Below, piece after piece: positions 29,100-42,144 of a DNA stretch of 64,000 nucleotides. The stretch lies in NCBI GenBank assembly GCA_902635335.1, contig CACPNO010000001.1:95018-159017 (forward strand), in the 5' to 3' direction. The position numbers and the translations under genes were made by a program. The DNA is from an uncultured Pelagibacteraceae bacterium. Its GTDB lineage: Bacteria; Pseudomonadota; Alphaproteobacteria; Pelagibacterales; Pelagibacteraceae. The notes under the pieces are model-generated. The model had not been told where the DNA came from, did not search any database, and saw only the letters and a list, made by a program, of their open reading frames with translations. The stretch's first letter is position 1; each line of letters begins with the position of its first letter.

Positions 29100-30110
29100 A
29101 TGAATATAGCAATAGTAGGAGCGACAGGAAACGTAGGTCGAAAATTAATGGAAGTTTTGGAAAAAAAAAACTTTCCAATAACAGAGGCTTATTTAGTTGC
29201 TTCCTCAAATAGTGAAGGAAAAAAAATTAATTTTTTAGGAAAAGAGCATACTGTTAGTAATTTAGAACAATTTGATTTCTCTAAAGTAAAAATTGCTTTT
29301 TTTGCAGCTGGTTCTTCAATTGCTGAAAAATGGGCACCCATTGCAGCTGAAAAAACAATTGTAATTGATAATTCAAAATTCTTTAGAAAAGATCCAGAAA
29401 TTCCTTTAATTGTTCCAGAGGTAAATTCCAAAGAGTTACCTAAATTTAAAAATAAGAATATTGTAGCAAATGCAAATTGTTCAGTAATACCAATAGTTGT
29501 AGCTCTCAAACCATTACATGATTTGTATAATGTAAAAAGGATAGTTGCATCAACTTATCAATCTGTATCAGGAGCAGGTAAGGCAGGTATGGATGAACTT
29601 ATATCTCAAACTAAAGAAGTGTTGGAAAATAAAGATGTTGAGTCAAAAAATTTTACTAAGCAAATCGCATTTAATGCTATACCGCATATTGATAGTTTTC
29701 TTGAAAATGGAAACACAAAAGAAGAGCAAAAAAATCATGATGAGGTAAAAAAAATTTTAGATAGTAAAATTAATATAACATCTACTTGTGTAAGAATTCC
29801 TGTTCTTGTTTCTCACTCCATAAGTGTGAATGTTGAATTTAACAAAAAACATGACTTAGAAGAAATAAGAAATGTCTTATCGTCATCACCAGGATGTAAG
29901 GTAGTTGATGAACAAAAAGATGGAGGATACATTACCCCTGTTGAAGCTGAAGACAAATTTGAAACATTTATATCAAGAATTCGTGAGGATTCTTCTCAAC
30001 CAAATTCAATTAATTTGTGGGTTGTGTCTGATAACTTATTAAAAGGTGCTGCACTTAATGCAGTTGAAATTGCTGAGGCTTTAGTAGAAAAAGATTTTTA
30101 TGGAAAATAA
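29100..30110 (+). CDS. asd: Aspartate-semialdehyde dehydrogenase
   Basis: GATGNVG, ANANCS, STYQSVSGAG and DNLLKGAALN. Confidence 0.96.
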   Translation: MNIAIVGATGNVGRKLMEVLEKKNFPITEAYLVASSNSEGKKINFLGKEHTVSNLEQFDFSKVKIAFFAAGSSIAEKWAPIAAEKTIVIDNSKFFRKDPEIPLIVPEVNSKELPKFKNKNIVANANCSVIPIVVALKPLHDLYNVKRIVASTYQSVSGAGKAGMDELISQTKEVLENKDVESKNFTKQIAFNAIPHIDSFLENGNTKEEQKNHDEVKKILDSKINITSTCVRIPVLVSHSISVNVEFNKKHDLEEIRNVLSSSPGCKVVDEQKDGGYITPVEAEDKFETFISRIREDSSQPNSINLWVVSDNLLKGAALNAVEIAEALVEKDFYGK

Positions 30111-30483
30111 AAGTCCAATATCACCACATATACAAATTTATAATTGGCATATCTCTTCGTTAGTTTCAATATCACATAGAATAACTGGAATAATAAATTT
30201 TTTTACAATAACCTTAATTGGTATATGGATAGCTTCTTTAATATTGGGTGAAAAAAACTATGAGTATACCAATTTATTCTTATCATCTTTTTTTGGTAAA
30301 TTTTTTTGTCTTGGAATAATTTGGTCATTTTCATTTCAAATGCTTAGTGAAATAAGACATTTGTTTATGGATTTAGGTTATGGTTTTGAGCCAAAAATAA
30401 CAAAAATAACTGGACTAGTAGTACTAATTGGATCATTTCCACTTACTGTAATTATCTTTGTTATTGGGAGAGTTTTAATTTGA
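30100..30483 (+). CDS. sdhC: Succinate dehydrogenase membrane anchor SdhC (heme-ligand His replaced by Gln)
   Basis: PISPHIQIY, SISHRITG and IRHL..D motifs. Confidence 0.93.
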   Translation: MENKSPISPHIQIYNWHISSLVSISHRITGIINFFTITLIGIWIASLILGEKNYEYTNLFLSSFFGKFFCLGIIWSFSFQMLSEIRHLFMDLGYGFEPKITKITGLVVLIGSFPLTVIIFVIGRVLI

Positions 30484-30806
30484 TGGGATCTGTTACAAAA
30501 AAATGGTTATTTTTAAAAGTAAGTTCAGCAATACTGGTACCATTAATGCTATGGTTTGCTATAAATTTTGCCTTTATATATGACAAAGGCTTTGAAAAGG
30601 TCCTAATATTTGTTTCCTCTCAACCTTCAAAGTTATTGATTAGCCTTTTTTTGATTTTTGCTTATTTTTTCTCTGCATTAAGCATCAGTGAGGTTTTTGA
30701 AGACTATATTGAAGATGAAAAAATCAAAAATGCCGCAAATAAATCTTTAAATATCTTTGCTATAGTATTTCCATTATTAATCATTATCTTAGTATTTAGT
30801 TTATAG
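30483..30806 (+). CDS. sdhD: Succinate dehydrogenase membrane anchor SdhD (contains no histidine)
   Basis: Three TM segments, EDY quinone-site motif, position between sdhC and sdhA, TGATG coupling. Confidence 0.9.
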   Translation: MGSVTKKWLFLKVSSAILVPLMLWFAINFAFIYDKGFEKVLIFVSSQPSKLLISLFLIFAYFFSALSISEVFEDYIEDEKIKNAANKSLNIFAIVFPLLIIILVFSL

Positions 30807-30808
30807 TT

Positions 30809-32584
30809 ATGAGTGCGTACAAAATTATTGATCATGAATATGATGTAGTTGTTCTAGGTGCAGGTGGTTCTGGACTAAGAGCAGCTGTAGGGTTAAGCGA
30901 GGCTGGATTAAAAACAGCATGTGTATCCAAAGTATTCCCAACAAGAAGCCATACCTCTGCAGCGCAAGGTGGGATTTCAGCAGCACTTGGCAATATGGGT
31001 GAAGACGATTGGAGATGGCATATGTATGATACCGTTAAAGGTGCTGATTGGTTAGGAGATCAAGACTCTATCGAATATTTATGCAAAGAAGCTCCTGCAG
31101 CAGTTCTAGAATTAGAGAAATATGGAGTACCATTTAGCAGAACAGAAGATGGCAAAATTTATCAAAGACCTTTTGGTGGTATGACAAAAAACTATGGAAA
31201 TGAGACCGTACAAAGAACATGTGCTGCAGCTGATAGAACAGGACATGCAATACTACATACATTGTACGGGCAAGCCTTAAAGCATAATACAGAATTTTTT
31301 ATAGAATATTTTGCATTAGATTTAATAATGAAGGATGGGGCATGTAAGGGTATAATTGCCTGGAATCTTAATGATGGAACAATTCATAGATTTAGATCTC
31401 ATATTACAATAATAGCAACAGGAGGCTATGGGAAAGTATATTACTCAGCTACCTCAGCGCATACTTGTACTGGAGATGGTAACGCTATGGCTTTAAGAGC
31501 TGGTTTGCCTTTACAAGATATGGAATTTGTACAATTCCATCCTACAGGGATATATGGTCATGGCACTTTAATTTCTGAGGGAGTTAGAGGAGAAGGTGGT
31601 TATCTGGTAAACTCTAAAGGAGAGAGATTCATGGAGCGTTATGCTCCCAATGCAAAAGATTTAGCATCTAGGGATGTTGTAAGTAGATCAATTGCAGTAG
31701 AAATTAATGAGGGCAGAGGTATTGGTAAAGAACAAGATCACGTACATCTTCATATAGATCACTTAGATCCAAAAGTAATAGATGAGAGATTGCCTGGAAT
31801 TTCAGAGGCCTCAAAATTATTTGCCAATGTAGATGTAACGAAGGAACCTATACCCGTAGTACCAACAGTACATTATAATATGGGTGGAATACCAACAAAT
31901 TACAAAGCTGAGGTTTTAACAGTAAATGGATCTGAAAAAACCGTTCCTGGATTAATGGCTATTGGAGAGGCAGCTTGTGTTTCTGTACATGGAGCAAATA
32001 GATTAGGATCAAATTCATTAATTGATTTAGTTGTTTTTGGAAGAGCAGCAGCGAAAAGAGCAGCTGAATTAGTAAAACCAGGAATGAAACATGATGAGAT
32101 TGTTAAGAGTGAAACAGACAGATGTTTAGAAAGGTTTGATTCCCTAAGAAATTCAGAAGGTTCAAATCCAACATCTGAACTAAGACTTTCTATGCAAAAA
32201 ACAATGCAATCTAAGTGTGCTGTATTTAGATCAGAAAAAACTTTAAAAGAAGGTGTAGATGAAATCAGAAAACCTTATGATGGTATGGACTCTTTATCAG
32301 TAAAAGATAAATCATTAATATTTAATACTGACTTAGTTGAAACATTAGAATTTGATAATTTAATAAGACAAGCAATCACAACAATGGACTCTGCTTATAA
32401 TAGAAAAGAAAGTAGAGGGGCCCATGCAAGAGAAGATTTTCCAAAGAGAGATGACGAAAATTTTATGCAACATACTCTTTCATGGTGCAATGGTTCAAAA
32501 ACTAAAATTAGCTATAGACCTGTCCACAGATCAACACTAACAAATGATGTACAATATTTTCCTCCACAGGAAAGAGTATATTAA
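30809..32584 (+). CDS. sdhA: Succinate dehydrogenase flavoprotein
   Basis: [22 protein letters not shown] and HGANRLG. Confidence 0.98.
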   Translation: MSAYKIIDHEYDVVVLGAGGSGLRAAVGLSEAGLKTACVSKVFPTRSHTSAAQGGISAALGNMGEDDWRWHMYDTVKGADWLGDQDSIEYLCKEAPAAVLELEKYGVPFSRTEDGKIYQRPFGGMTKNYGNETVQRTCAAADRTGHAILHTLYGQALKHNTEFFIEYFALDLIMKDGACKGIIAWNLNDGTIHRFRSHITIIATGGYGKVYYSATSAHTCTGDGNAMALRAGLPLQDMEFVQFHPTGIYGHGTLISEGVRGEGGYLVNSKGERFMERYAPNAKDLASRDVVSRSIAVEINEGRGIGKEQDHVHLHIDHLDPKVIDERLPGISEASKLFANVDVTKEPIPVVPTVHYNMGGIPTNYKAEVLTVNGSEKTVPGLMAIGEAACVSVHGANRLGSNSLIDLVVFGRAAAKRAAELVKPGMKHDEIVKSETDRCLERFDSLRNSEGSNPTSELRLSMQKTMQSKCAVFRSEKTLKEGVDEIRKPYDGMDSLSVKDKSLIFNTDLVETLEFDNLIRQAITTMDSAYNRKESRGAHAREDFPKRDDENFMQHTLSWCNGSKTKISYRPVHRSTLTNDVQYFPPQERVY

Positions 32585-33354
32585 TGGTCCAATTTAATTT
32601 ACCAGCAAATTCAAAGGTAAAAAAAGGGCAGTACTACAAAGATAACACAGGATCAAAAAACATAAGAAAAGTTAACGTATATAGATGGGATCCATCTAAA
32701 AATGAAAATCCAAGAATTGATACTTATGAAGTTGATATGGATAACTGTTCATCAAAAGTCCTAGATATATTAAATAAAATTAAAAATGAAATAGATCCTT
32801 CGATTGCGTATAGAAGATCATGTGCGCATGGTGTTTGTGGATCATGTGCAATGAATATGAATGGAAAAAACGGTTTAGCGTGTACTAAAGCTCATTCAGA
32901 ATTGGAAGGAGATATTGATATCTACCCTTTACCTCATTTAAAAGTTTTAAAAGATTTAATTGGAGATCTAAGTACATTGTATAAACAATATGAATCAGTT
33001 GAACCTTGGTTAAAAACCACAAAAAAAAATGATAAGGAAAATATTCAATCAAAAGAAGATAGAGCAAAATTGGATGGTTTCTATGAATGCATAATGTGTG
33101 CATGTTGTTCAACGTCTTGCCCAAGTTATTGGTGGAATGGTGAAAAATATTTAGGTCCGGCTGTTTTACTTCAGGCTTATAGATGGATAATCGATAGTAG
33201 AGATGAAGATAGAAAAGAAAGACTTAAAAAAGTTGCTGACGAGCTTAAACTTTATAGATGTCATACTATCTTGAATTGTACAAATGCTTGTCCCAAGGGC
33301 TTAAATCCTGCAAAAGCTATTGCAGAGATAAAGAAAATGCTTGCAACAGCTTGA
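32584..33354 (+). CDS. sdhB: Succinate dehydrogenase iron-sulfur subunit
   Basis: [22 protein letters not shown] and [12 protein letters not shown]. Confidence 0.98.
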   Translation: MVQFNLPANSKVKKGQYYKDNTGSKNIRKVNVYRWDPSKNENPRIDTYEVDMDNCSSKVLDILNKIKNEIDPSIAYRRSCAHGVCGSCAMNMNGKNGLACTKAHSELEGDIDIYPLPHLKVLKDLIGDLSTLYKQYESVEPWLKTTKKNDKENIQSKEDRAKLDGFYECIMCACCSTSCPSYWWNGEKYLGPAVLLQAYRWIIDSRDEDRKERLKKVADELKLYRCHTILNCTNACPKGLNPAKAIAEIKKMLATA

Positions 33355-33378
33355 TTACTTAATTAAATAATTTCAATC

Positions 33379-34872
33379 ATGAATTTAATCAAACATTTTG
33401 TTGGTGGAAAAGTAATATCAGGTAATTCAGAGAGAAAAGGAAAAATCTTTAACCCAGCTACCGGGGAACAAGAGTCTGAGGTTATCTTAGCCTCAAAAGC
33501 AGATTTGGATAGTGCAGTAGAAATTGCACAAAAAGCTTTTAAGACTTGGTCATTAAATCCTCCACTTCAAAGAGCAAGAATAATGTTTAAATTCAAAGAG
33601 CTTATCGAAAAAAATTTTGATGAATTGGCAAAATTAATAGTCTCAGAACATGGAAAAGTTTATGAGGATGCTAAGGGATCATTAATAAGAGGATTAGAAG
33701 TTGTTGAGTTTGCATGTGGAATTCCACACTTGCTCAAAGGAGAGTTTTCTGAAAATGTTGGAACAAACGTTGATAGTTATTCAATGCGACAGCCTTTGGG
33801 TGTTGCAGCAGGTATAACCCCATTTAATTTTCCAGCGATGGTACCGATGTGGATGTTTCCACTAGCTATAGCATGTGGTAATAGTTTTATTTTAAAACCA
33901 TCAGAAAAAGATCCCTCATGTCCGATGAAATTGGCAGAACTGCTTCATGAAGCTGGTCTTCCAGAAGGAGTTTTTAATGTTGTAAATGGTGATAAAGAGG
34001 TTGTTGATGCGATATTAACAAACCAAAATATTAAAGCAGTTAGTTTTGTTGGATCAACTCCTATTGCTAAATACATTTATGAAAATGCAGCTAAAAACGA
34101 AAAAAGAGTCCAAGCATTAGGTGGAGCAAAAAATCATTTAGTTGTAATGCCAGATTGTGATTTAGATAGTGCAGTGAATGGTTTAATGGGTGCTGCATAT
34201 GGTTCAGCTGGAGAAAGATGTATGGCGCAGTCAGTAGCAGTAGCGGTCGGCGATGTAGGTGATGAGTTAGTCTCAAGGCTATCAAAAAAAGCTGAAGCAT
34301 TAAAAATTGGACCGGGTATGGATAAATCATCTGAGATGGGCCCTTTAGTAACCAAAGAACATTTGGAAAAAGTAAAAGGCTATGTAGATATAGGAGTTAA
34401 AGAAGGAGCTAAACTTGTACTTGATGGAAGAAATTTGAAATTGCAGGGCTATGAAAATGGTTTTTATATTGGTGGGTGTCTTTTTGATCATGTGACTACT
34501 AACATGAGAATTTACAAAGAGGAAATATTTGGACCAGTTTTATCTGTCGTTAGAGCAAAAACATTTGAAGAGGCTACAAAAATGATTAATGAGCACGAAT
34601 ATGGAAATGGAGTTAGCATTTATACTAGGGATGGAGATGCAGGGAGAACATTCGCAAGCAAAATTCAAGTTGGAATGGTAGGAATAAATGTTCCAATACC
34701 AGTTCCAATGGCTTTTCATAGTTTCGGAGGATGGAAAAGGTCTTTATTTGGAGATAGTGGAACGCATGGTATGGAAGGTGTAAAATTTTATACTAAATTA
34801 AAAACTATTACTTCTAGATGGCCATCAGGAATTAGATCTAATCCTGAATTTATTATGCCAACAATGAAATAA
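33379..34872 (+). CDS. mmsA: CoA-acylating (methyl)malonate-semialdehyde dehydrogenase
   Basis: ITPFNFPAMVPMW, KPSEKDP, GAKNH, GERCMA, EIFGP and INVPIPVP. Confidence 0.93.
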   Translation: MNLIKHFVGGKVISGNSERKGKIFNPATGEQESEVILASKADLDSAVEIAQKAFKTWSLNPPLQRARIMFKFKELIEKNFDELAKLIVSEHGKVYEDAKGSLIRGLEVVEFACGIPHLLKGEFSENVGTNVDSYSMRQPLGVAAGITPFNFPAMVPMWMFPLAIACGNSFILKPSEKDPSCPMKLAELLHEAGLPEGVFNVVNGDKEVVDAILTNQNIKAVSFVGSTPIAKYIYENAAKNEKRVQALGGAKNHLVVMPDCDLDSAVNGLMGAAYGSAGERCMAQSVAVAVGDVGDELVSRLSKKAEALKIGPGMDKSSEMGPLVTKEHLEKVKGYVDIGVKEGAKLVLDGRNLKLQGYENGFYIGGCLFDHVTTNMRIYKEEIFGPVLSVVRAKTFEEATKMINEHEYGNGVSIYTRDGDAGRTFASKIQVGMVGINVPIPVPMAFHSFGGWKRSLFGDSGTHGMEGVKFYTKLKTITSRWPSGIRSNPEFIMPTMK

Positions 34873-35841
<969 letters not shown>

Positions 35842-37002
35842 ATGAATATCCACGAGCACCAGGCAAAAGAAATACTTAAAAAGTATGGCGCGGTTGTACC
35901 CGAAGGCGTTTATGCTCTTAATGTAAATGAATTAATTGAAAAAGTAAAAAATCTCAAAGCCGTTAAGTATGTATTAAAAGCTCAAATTCATGCTGGAGGC
36001 AGAGGAAAGGCTGGAGGAGTAAAAATTGTTGATAATATAGCTCTTTTGGAAGAGGAAGCGAAAAAATTGTTTGGTAAAACATTGGTTACCCACCAAACTG
36101 GACCCTCAGGAAGAGAGGTGAAAAGATTGTATGTTGAAACAGCATCAGAAATAGAAAAAGAATTCTATCTGTCTTGTCTTGTTGATAGAACTTCTGCGAA
36201 AATTGCATTTATTTCCAGCGATCAGGGTGGAATGAATATTGAGGAAGTTGCTGAAAAATCACCAGATAAAATAATAACTACTAAAGTAGATTTTAATGAA
36301 AGTATTTCAGAGGAAGACTGTAACAAAATTATTAAAATTTTTAATTTAGACAACGATGCAAGTAAACAAGCAGTCAATTTAATAAAATCAATTTACAAAA
36401 TGTTCATTAATACAGATGCAAACTTAGTAGAGATAAATCCTCTCATTTTAACAAAAAAAAACAAAATTGTATGTTTGGATGCAAAGATGACTTTTGATGA
36501 AAATGCATTATTTAAACATCCAGAAATTCAGAAACTTAGAGATTTTAATGAGGAAGAAGAAACAGAAATTGAAGCAAGCAAACATGATCTGGCATACATT
36601 AAATTGGATGGAAATATTGGATGTATGGTAAATGGTGCTGGATTAGCAATGGCTACTATGGATATTATTAAATTATATGGAGAAGAGCCTGCAAATTTTT
36701 TAGATGTAGGTGGTGGTGCCTCTAAAGAAAAAGTTTCAGCAGCATTTAAAATTATCTTATCTGATAAAAATGTAAAAGGAATACTAATAAATATTTTTGG
36801 AGGAATAATGAGATGTGATGTACTCGCACAAGGTGTTGTAGATGCAGCAAAAGAAATTAAAATTAAAGTTCCTTTAGTAGTGAGACTAGCAGGCACAAAT
36901 TTCCAAGAGGGAAAAGAAATTTTAGATAATTCTGGATTAGAGATTATTTCTGCAAATGATTTATCCGATGCAGCAAAAAAAATTGTTGAGGCAATTAAAT
37001 AA
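35842..37002 (+). CDS. sucC: Succinyl-CoA synthetase beta
   Basis: [20 protein letters not shown] and [11 protein letters not shown]. Confidence 0.98.
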   Translation: MNIHEHQAKEILKKYGAVVPEGVYALNVNELIEKVKNLKAVKYVLKAQIHAGGRGKAGGVKIVDNIALLEEEAKKLFGKTLVTHQTGPSGREVKRLYVETASEIEKEFYLSCLVDRTSAKIAFISSDQGGMNIEEVAEKSPDKIITTKVDFNESISEEDCNKIIKIFNLDNDASKQAVNLIKSIYKMFINTDANLVEINPLILTKKNKIVCLDAKMTFDENALFKHPEIQKLRDFNEEEETEIEASKHDLAYIKLDGNIGCMVNGAGLAMATMDIIKLYGEEPANFLDVGGGASKEKVSAAFKIILSDKNVKGILINIFGGIMRCDVLAQGVVDAAKEIKIKVPLVVRLAGTNFQEGKEILDNSGLEIISANDLSDAAKKIVEAIK

Positions 37003-37877
37003 TGTCAGTTTTAATTAACAAGGATACAAAAGTAATTTGTCAAGGTTTCACTGGCGCTCATGGAACTTTTCATTCTGAACAATCTATTAAGTATGGAACT
37101 AACTTGGTTGGTGGAGTTACTCCTAAAAAAGGAGGTCAAATTCATTTGGAAAGACCAGTATTTAATACTGTTAAAGAAGCTAAAGATCAGACAGGTGCAA
37201 ATGCAACAATGATTTATGTTCCTGCAAAGTTTGCAGCTTCAGCAATTATAGAGGCAATTGATTCATCTATAGAATTGATTGTATGTATAAGTGAGGGAAT
37301 TCCAGTTTTAGACATGCTTAAAGTAAAAAGAAGACTTTCGAACTCTAAATCGAGACTTATTGGTCCCAACTGTCCAGGTATAATAACTCCTGATGAATGT
37401 AAAATTGGAATAATGCCTGGAAATATTCATAAAAAAGGAACAGTAGGAATTGTTTCTAGGTCAGGAACATTAACTTACGAGGCTGTAGCCCAAACCTCAG
37501 AAAATGGCCTCGGTCAATCTACATGTATAGGAATCGGTGGAGATCCAATAAATGGTACAAATTTTATTGATTGTCTAGATCTGTTTTTAAATGATGAAAA
37601 TACTGAGTCTATAGTCATGATTGGTGAGATCGGAGGTACTGCTGAAGAAGAAGCTGCTGAATTTATAAAAAATCATAAGATAAAAAAACCAATGGTTGGA
37701 TTTATAGCTGGAATTACAGCACCACCTGGTAGACGAATGGGTCATGCTGGTGCAATAATATCAGGAGGAAAAGGTAACGCTCATGAAAAAATTAAAATTA
37801 TGGAAAAATCTGGCATTACAATGGCAAAATCACCATCTGAAATTGGAATAACTCTATTGAATAAATTGTCTAATTGA
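37002..37877 (+). CDS. sucD: Succinyl-CoA synthetase alpha
   Basis: QGFTG, GPNCPG and RMGHAGA. Confidence 0.98.
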   Translation: MSVLINKDTKVICQGFTGAHGTFHSEQSIKYGTNLVGGVTPKKGGQIHLERPVFNTVKEAKDQTGANATMIYVPAKFAASAIIEAIDSSIELIVCISEGIPVLDMLKVKRRLSNSKSRLIGPNCPGIITPDECKIGIMPGNIHKKGTVGIVSRSGTLTYEAVAQTSENGLGQSTCIGIGGDPINGTNFIDCLDLFLNDENTESIVMIGEIGGTAEEEAAEFIKNHKIKKPMVGFIAGITAPPGRRMGHAGAIISGGKGNAHEKIKIMEKSGITMAKSPSEIGITLLNKLSN

Positions 37878-37910
37878 TAACACCTTATTCGTATATAATT
37901 ATATATAAAA

Positions 37911-40811
37911 ATGTCATCATCTAAAAATATAGAATACAAAAAAACTTCATTTCTTAATAAATCAAATAGTGCATTTATAGAACAAATGTATGTGAAGTAT
38001 GTAAATAATGATCCAAATTTACCTGAGAGTTGGAAAAAATATTTTATAGATATTGGCGATGATATTAATTCAATTGTTAAAGAGGTTAATGGACCATCTT
38101 GGAGTCCAAGAAAAAATAAAATTGATGAGAGTAAAATACTTGAAAATGAAATTGAGCTTCCAGAAAGTCAAAATAAAAATATAGATCAAAAAGATATAGT
38201 TGTAAGTAACAGTAATTCTATTAAAGCAGTCTCTTTGATTAGAGCTTATAGACAGCGTGGTCATTTATTATCAAAAGTTGATCCATTAGAAATGAGAGAA
38301 AGTGAGTATCTTGACGAATTACATCCTGAAAATTATGGATTTAAAAAAGATGACTATAGTAAAAAAATTTACTTAGATGGTGTCTTAAATAAAGAATATT
38401 CTAACATAAAAGAAATTCTCTCTATATTAAGAAAAATTTATTGTGGAAATATTGGTTACGAATATATGCATATTTCAAATCCAACAGAAAGAAAATGGTT
38501 TCGAGATAGAGTTGAAAAAGATGAAAATGCATTGAAATTTACAGTAAATGGAAAAAATGCAATCTTAAACAAATTAATACAAGCTGAAGGTTTTGAAAAA
38601 TTCTTACACACAAAATATGTAGGGTCAAAAAGATTTGGTCTTGATGGTGGTGAAAGTTTGATACCCGCGTTAGAGCAAATAATTAAAATTGGTGGTCAGT
38701 CAAATATTAAAGAAGTTAAAATTGGCATGTCTCACAGGGGAAGACTAAATGTTTTAGCTAACGTTTTACAAAAATCATACAAAAGAATATTTAACGAGTT
38801 TGCTGGTGAAATTAATAATACAGATGAAGATAGCGCTGGTGATGTAAAATATCATTTGGGTGCATCTTCTGATAGAGAATTTGATGGAAATGTTGTTCAT
38901 GTAAGTCTAACTGATAATCCCTCACATTTAGAAGCAGTCAATCCAGTAGTCCTAGGTCAAACCAGAGCAAAGCAATTTTTTCACAAAGATGCAAAAAGAA
39001 ATAAGGTTATTCCAATTTTAATTCATGGAGATGCTGCTTTTGCTGGACAAGGTGTAGTAGCTGAATGTTTTGCAATGTCTGGTTTGCCAGGTCACAATAC
39101 AGGCGGAACAATTCACATAATTGTAAATAATCAAATTGGGTTTACAACTAGCCCAAGATTTGCAAGATCCTCACCTCACCCATCAGATATTGCTAAAATG
39201 GTTGAAGCTCCAATAATACACGTCAATGGAGATGATCCAGAGGCTGTAGTTTATGGATCAAGAATTGCAACTGAGTTCAGGCTTAAATTCAATCGAGATG
39301 TGGTTTTAGATTTAGTTTGTTATAGAAGATTTGGACATAATGAGGGAGATGAGCCCTCTTTCACACAACCTCTTATGTACAAAAAAATAAGATCACATCC
39401 TTCTGCGGCAAAAATTTATGGATCAAAACTTATAGATGAGGATTTACTTTCAGAAAATGATTTAAATAATCAAATTAAAAAATTTAAAACTTTATTAGAT
39501 GATCAATTTAAAACTGCAAAAGATTACAAACCAAAAATAGAATGGTTTGAAGGAGCTTGGTCGAGTTATAAGCCTAAAAAAGGAAAAGATAAAAAAGGAA
39601 TTACAGGTGCAGATCCTGATTTATTAAAAAATATCTCAAATAAAATAAATGTAATTCCTGATGAGACTAATGTTCACAAGACTATTAGCAAAATATTTCA
39701 AAACAGAAAAAAAACAATTGATCAAGGTTTTAATATTGATTGGTCATCAGCAGAAGCACTTGCTTTTGGTTCATTGTTGGAAGAGGGTTTCCCAGTAAGG
39801 TTTGTAGGTCAAGACTCTGGAAGAGGAACTTTTAGTCAAAGGCACTCAGTTTTACGTAATCAATTAGATAATACTAGATATATACCTTTAAATAGTATTT
39901 CAAAAAATCAAAAGAAATTCGAAATTGTAGATAGTTTCTTATCGGAGTTAGCAGTTCTTGGTTTTGAGTATGGTTATAGTTTAGTTGAGCCCAATACATT
40001 AACAATCTGGGAAGCGCAATTTGGTGATTTTGCTAATGGAGCACAAGTTATAATAGATCAATTTATATCTTCAGGTGAAAGAAAATGGCAGAGAGCCTCT
40101 GGTTTAGTAATGTTATTACCTCATGGATATGAAGGCCAGGGTCCCGAGCATTCATCTGCAAGATTAGAAAGATTTTTACAGTTATGTGCTAATGATAATC
40201 TTCAAGTGATGAATTGTACAACGCCAGCTAATTACTTTCATGCTCTTAGAAGACAGATTCATCGTGACTTTAGAAAACCTTTAGTTTTAATGACACCAAA
40301 GTCACTTTTAAGAAACAAATATTGTGTTTCAAGTATTGAGGACTTTAATAAGCAAACTTCATTTCACCGAATTTTATGGGACCACGCACTAAATAAAGAT
40401 TCTAAAAATTTTATAAAATTGAAAAAACCTGCAGAAATTAAAAAAGTTATTCTCTGCTCTGGAAAAGTTTATTTCGACTTATTAGCTGCTAGAGAAAAAA
40501 TTAAAAGAGACGATGTAATCTTGTTTAGAATAGAACAATTATATCCTTTTCCTGTAAAAAGCTTAGTCAAAGAACTTAAGCCTTACGCAAATAATGCCAA
40601 ATTTTATTGGTGCCAAGAAGAACCAAAAAATATGGGAGCATGGTTTTCAGTGAGAGATTATATTCAATGGACATTAGAAACTATTAAAGCTAAAAATAAT
40701 ATTATTTCATATATAGGAAGAAATCCTGATGCATCTCCCGCAACTGGCTATGCAAAAAGGCATATGGTAGAACAAGAAGAGATTATAAAAAAAGTTTTTG
40801 ATAATGAGTGA
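37911..40811 (+). CDS. sucA: 2-oxoglutarate dehydrogenase E1
   Basis: [29 protein letters not shown] and GPEHSSAR. Confidence 0.98.
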   Translation: MSSSKNIEYKKTSFLNKSNSAFIEQMYVKYVNNDPNLPESWKKYFIDIGDDINSIVKEVNGPSWSPRKNKIDESKILENEIELPESQNKNIDQKDIVVSNSNSIKAVSLIRAYRQRGHLLSKVDPLEMRESEYLDELHPENYGFKKDDYSKKIYLDGVLNKEYSNIKEILSILRKIYCGNIGYEYMHISNPTERKWFRDRVEKDENALKFTVNGKNAILNKLIQAEGFEKFLHTKYVGSKRFGLDGGESLIPALEQIIKIGGQSNIKEVKIGMSHRGRLNVLANVLQKSYKRIFNEFAGEINNTDEDSAGDVKYHLGASSDREFDGNVVHVSLTDNPSHLEAVNPVVLGQTRAKQFFHKDAKRNKVIPILIHGDAAFAGQGVVAECFAMSGLPGHNTGGTIHIIVNNQIGFTTSPRFARSSPHPSDIAKMVEAPIIHVNGDDPEAVVYGSRIATEFRLKFNRDVVLDLVCYRRFGHNEGDEPSFTQPLMYKKIRSHPSAAKIYGSKLIDEDLLSENDLNNQIKKFKTLLDDQFKTAKDYKPKIEWFEGAWSSYKPKKGKDKKGITGADPDLLKNISNKINVIPDETNVHKTISKIFQNRKKTIDQGFNIDWSSAEALAFGSLLEEGFPVRFVGQDSGRGTFSQRHSVLRNQLDNTRYIPLNSISKNQKKFEIVDSFLSELAVLGFEYGYSLVEPNTLTIWEAQFGDFANGAQVIIDQFISSGERKWQRASGLVMLLPHGYEGQGPEHSSARLERFLQLCANDNLQVMNCTTPANYFHALRRQIHRDFRKPLVLMTPKSLLRNKYCVSSIEDFNKQTSFHRILWDHALNKDSKNFIKLKKPAEIKKVILCSGKVYFDLLAAREKIKRDDVILFRIEQLYPFPVKSLVKELKPYANNAKFYWCQEEPKNMGAWFSVRDYIQWTLETIKAKNNIISYIGRNPDASPATGYAKRHMVEQEEIIKKVFDNE

Positions 40812-42144
40812 AAAAATATTAGTTCCTGCGTTAGGTGAGAGTATAACGGAAGCAACTGTTTCAAAATGGCTTAAAAAAGTTGGAGATCCAGTTGAAGCAG
40901 ATGAAGCGATTGTTGAACTTGAGACTGATAAAGTTAACTTAGAAGTTCCATCACCAATAAATGGAATATTATCAGAAATGAATTCTAAAGATGGAGATAC
41001 TGTTGAAGTTGGGGCAGTGCTGGGTTCTGTTTCTGAAGGTAAATCAAATTTAGAAAAAAAAGCACCCTCAAAGCAAGAAAAAGAAGTAGAAACTATTTCT
41101 GAGGATCTCATAAAAGAGGAAAATACAAATGTAATAAATCTAGAAATAGAGAAAAAACCTACTCCAAAATTAGGTAAAATTTCTGCAACTAGCAAAGAAG
41201 AGCCAATGGAACTTTTAGGTGAGATTAATGAAGAACCTCTTCTACTAACTGACGAAGTTCAAACAACCCAAACCACAAAAGTTAATCCTTTTGTTCTTTC
41301 ACCAGCGGTGAGAAAAATTGCTGCTGAAAATAATATTGATGTAGAAAAGGTTAAAGGTACAGGAAGAGATGGCAGAGTATTAAAAGGTGACCTTTTAAGC
41401 TTGATGGGGACAAATCCACAACCTAATCAAAGAAGAATTCAATATGGTGAAGAAGAGAGAATTAAAATGACAAGGCTAAGACAAACTATAGCTAAAAGAC
41501 TTAAACAAGCCCAGGAAAATGCAGCAATGTTAACAACTTTTAATGAAGTTGATATGTCTGGTATAATGTCGATGAGAAAGGACAACCAAGAAGATTTTAA
41601 AAGTAGGTATGGAATAAAGCTAGGATTAATGTCATTCTTTGTAAAAGCCTGTGTCGTTGGCTTAAAATTATTTCCAGCAATAAATGCTGAAATTGAAGGT
41701 GAAGATATTATTTACAAAAATTATTATAATATAAGTTTCGCAGTTGGTACTGATAAAGGATTGGTTGTGCCTGTTTTGAGAAATGCGGACGAAATGTCAT
41801 TTGCTGATATAGAAAAAGAAATTAAAAGACTTTCAGAAAAAGCCAACAGCGGAAATTTATCAATTGAAGATCTTCAGGGAGGAACATTCACAATTAGTAA
41901 TGGTGGAGTTTATGGTTCTATGTTATCAACTCCTATTTTAAACCCACCTCAATCTGGAGTATTGGGAATGCATAACATTGTTGAAAGACCAGTTAATATT
42001 AACGGCGAAATAAAAATTAAACCTATAATGTATTTAGCATTATCATATGATCATAGAATAGTAGATGGAAAAGAGTCCGTCACATTTTTAAAAACTGTTA
42101 AGGAGAATCTTGAAGACCCTAGAAGATTATTTTTAAATATATAA
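40804..42144 (+). CDS. sucB: Dihydrolipoamide succinyltransferase E2
   Basis: Lipoyl motif ETDKV, GTGRDGR binding domain and YDHRIVDG. Start ATG 40804. Confidence 0.97.
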   Translation: MSEKILVPALGESITEATVSKWLKKVGDPVEADEAIVELETDKVNLEVPSPINGILSEMNSKDGDTVEVGAVLGSVSEGKSNLEKKAPSKQEKEVETISEDLIKEENTNVINLEIEKKPTPKLGKISATSKEEPMELLGEINEEPLLLTDEVQTTQTTKVNPFVLSPAVRKIAAENNIDVEKVKGTGRDGRVLKGDLLSLMGTNPQPNQRRIQYGEEERIKMTRLRQTIAKRLKQAQENAAMLTTFNEVDMSGIMSMRKDNQEDFKSRYGIKLGLMSFFVKACVVGLKLFPAINAEIEGEDIIYKNYYNISFAVGTDKGLVVPVLRNADEMSFADIEKEIKRLSEKANSGNLSIEDLQGGTFTISNGGVYGSMLSTPILNPPQSGVLGMHNIVERPVNINGEIKIKPIMYLALSYDHRIVDGKESVTFLKTVKENLEDPRRLFLNI

